From Dicyema japonicum (lineage: Eukaryota; Animalia; Dicyemida): a DNA stretch of 64,000 nucleotides. The notes beneath the pieces were generated by a model, which was not told where the DNA came from, did not search any database, and saw only the letters and a program-made list of their open reading frames with translations. Where the stretch lies: contig RDEW01000015.1 of NCBI GenBank assembly GCA_011109175.1, positions 77,277-141,276 of the forward strand. Reading direction: 5' to 3'. The position numbers and the translations under genes were made by a program. How positions within the stretch are numbered: position 1 is the stretch's first letter; each line of letters starts with the position of its first letter. Below are positions 63,901 through 64,000 of this stretch, one piece after another.

Positions 63901-64000
63901 TAGGCCTGGACGTTGAATGAGAGCAGCGAAAATTTCTCCAAAAGATAAGGTTCGTACTTTTCAGACATGTTAATACTTTATTAGAGCCACGTCACCAGCT
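60993..64000 (-). mobile_element. Essentially full-length RTE-like LINE (APE-RT, single ORF with frameshifts)
   Basis: 5' motif CTGGTGACGTG and ATG near 63968; APE GDMNAKVG, NQIDY, TDH; RT LRPI, GTPQGDPLSP, YADD; (TAA)n tail directly at the stop codon. Confidence 0.93.

Overview
AT-rich animal genomic DNA. The 22-30 nt GT-AG introns and a short, divergent 18S suggest a dicyemid-like mesozoan (inference). Seven host genes sit as islands in dense transposon debris: COMMD9, a carbohydrate sulfotransferase, a K50 paired-class homeobox gene, a calmodulin-like gene, an orphan multi-exon gene, AGA and EIF1AD. There is also a tRNA-Thr(TGT) and a truncated 18S rDNA copy. The ORF track misses most genes because of the tiny introns and homopolymer indels. 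Mobile DNA includes CRE-like (RLE) non-LTR elements, RTE-like LINEs, Jockey/I-like LINEs, a diverse LINE group whose ORFs end in 'GIT*', two SINE-like families, and hAT and pogo remnants. Main observations: (1) an 18S rRNA/CRE-element chimera with a second 25-nt rRNA snippet inside the element, suggesting repeated reverse-transcriptase template switching; (2) a covarying 3'-terminal stem-loop shared by about 15 divergent LINE/SINE ends; (3) a SINE-like family with a conserved pseudoknot of HDV-ribozyme-like topology; (4) a 2A ribosome-skipping peptide ahead of an APE domain; (5) TSD-bounded 'ends-only' RTE insertions, one of them 5'-inverted. All analysis was by eye; TE boundaries are approximate.
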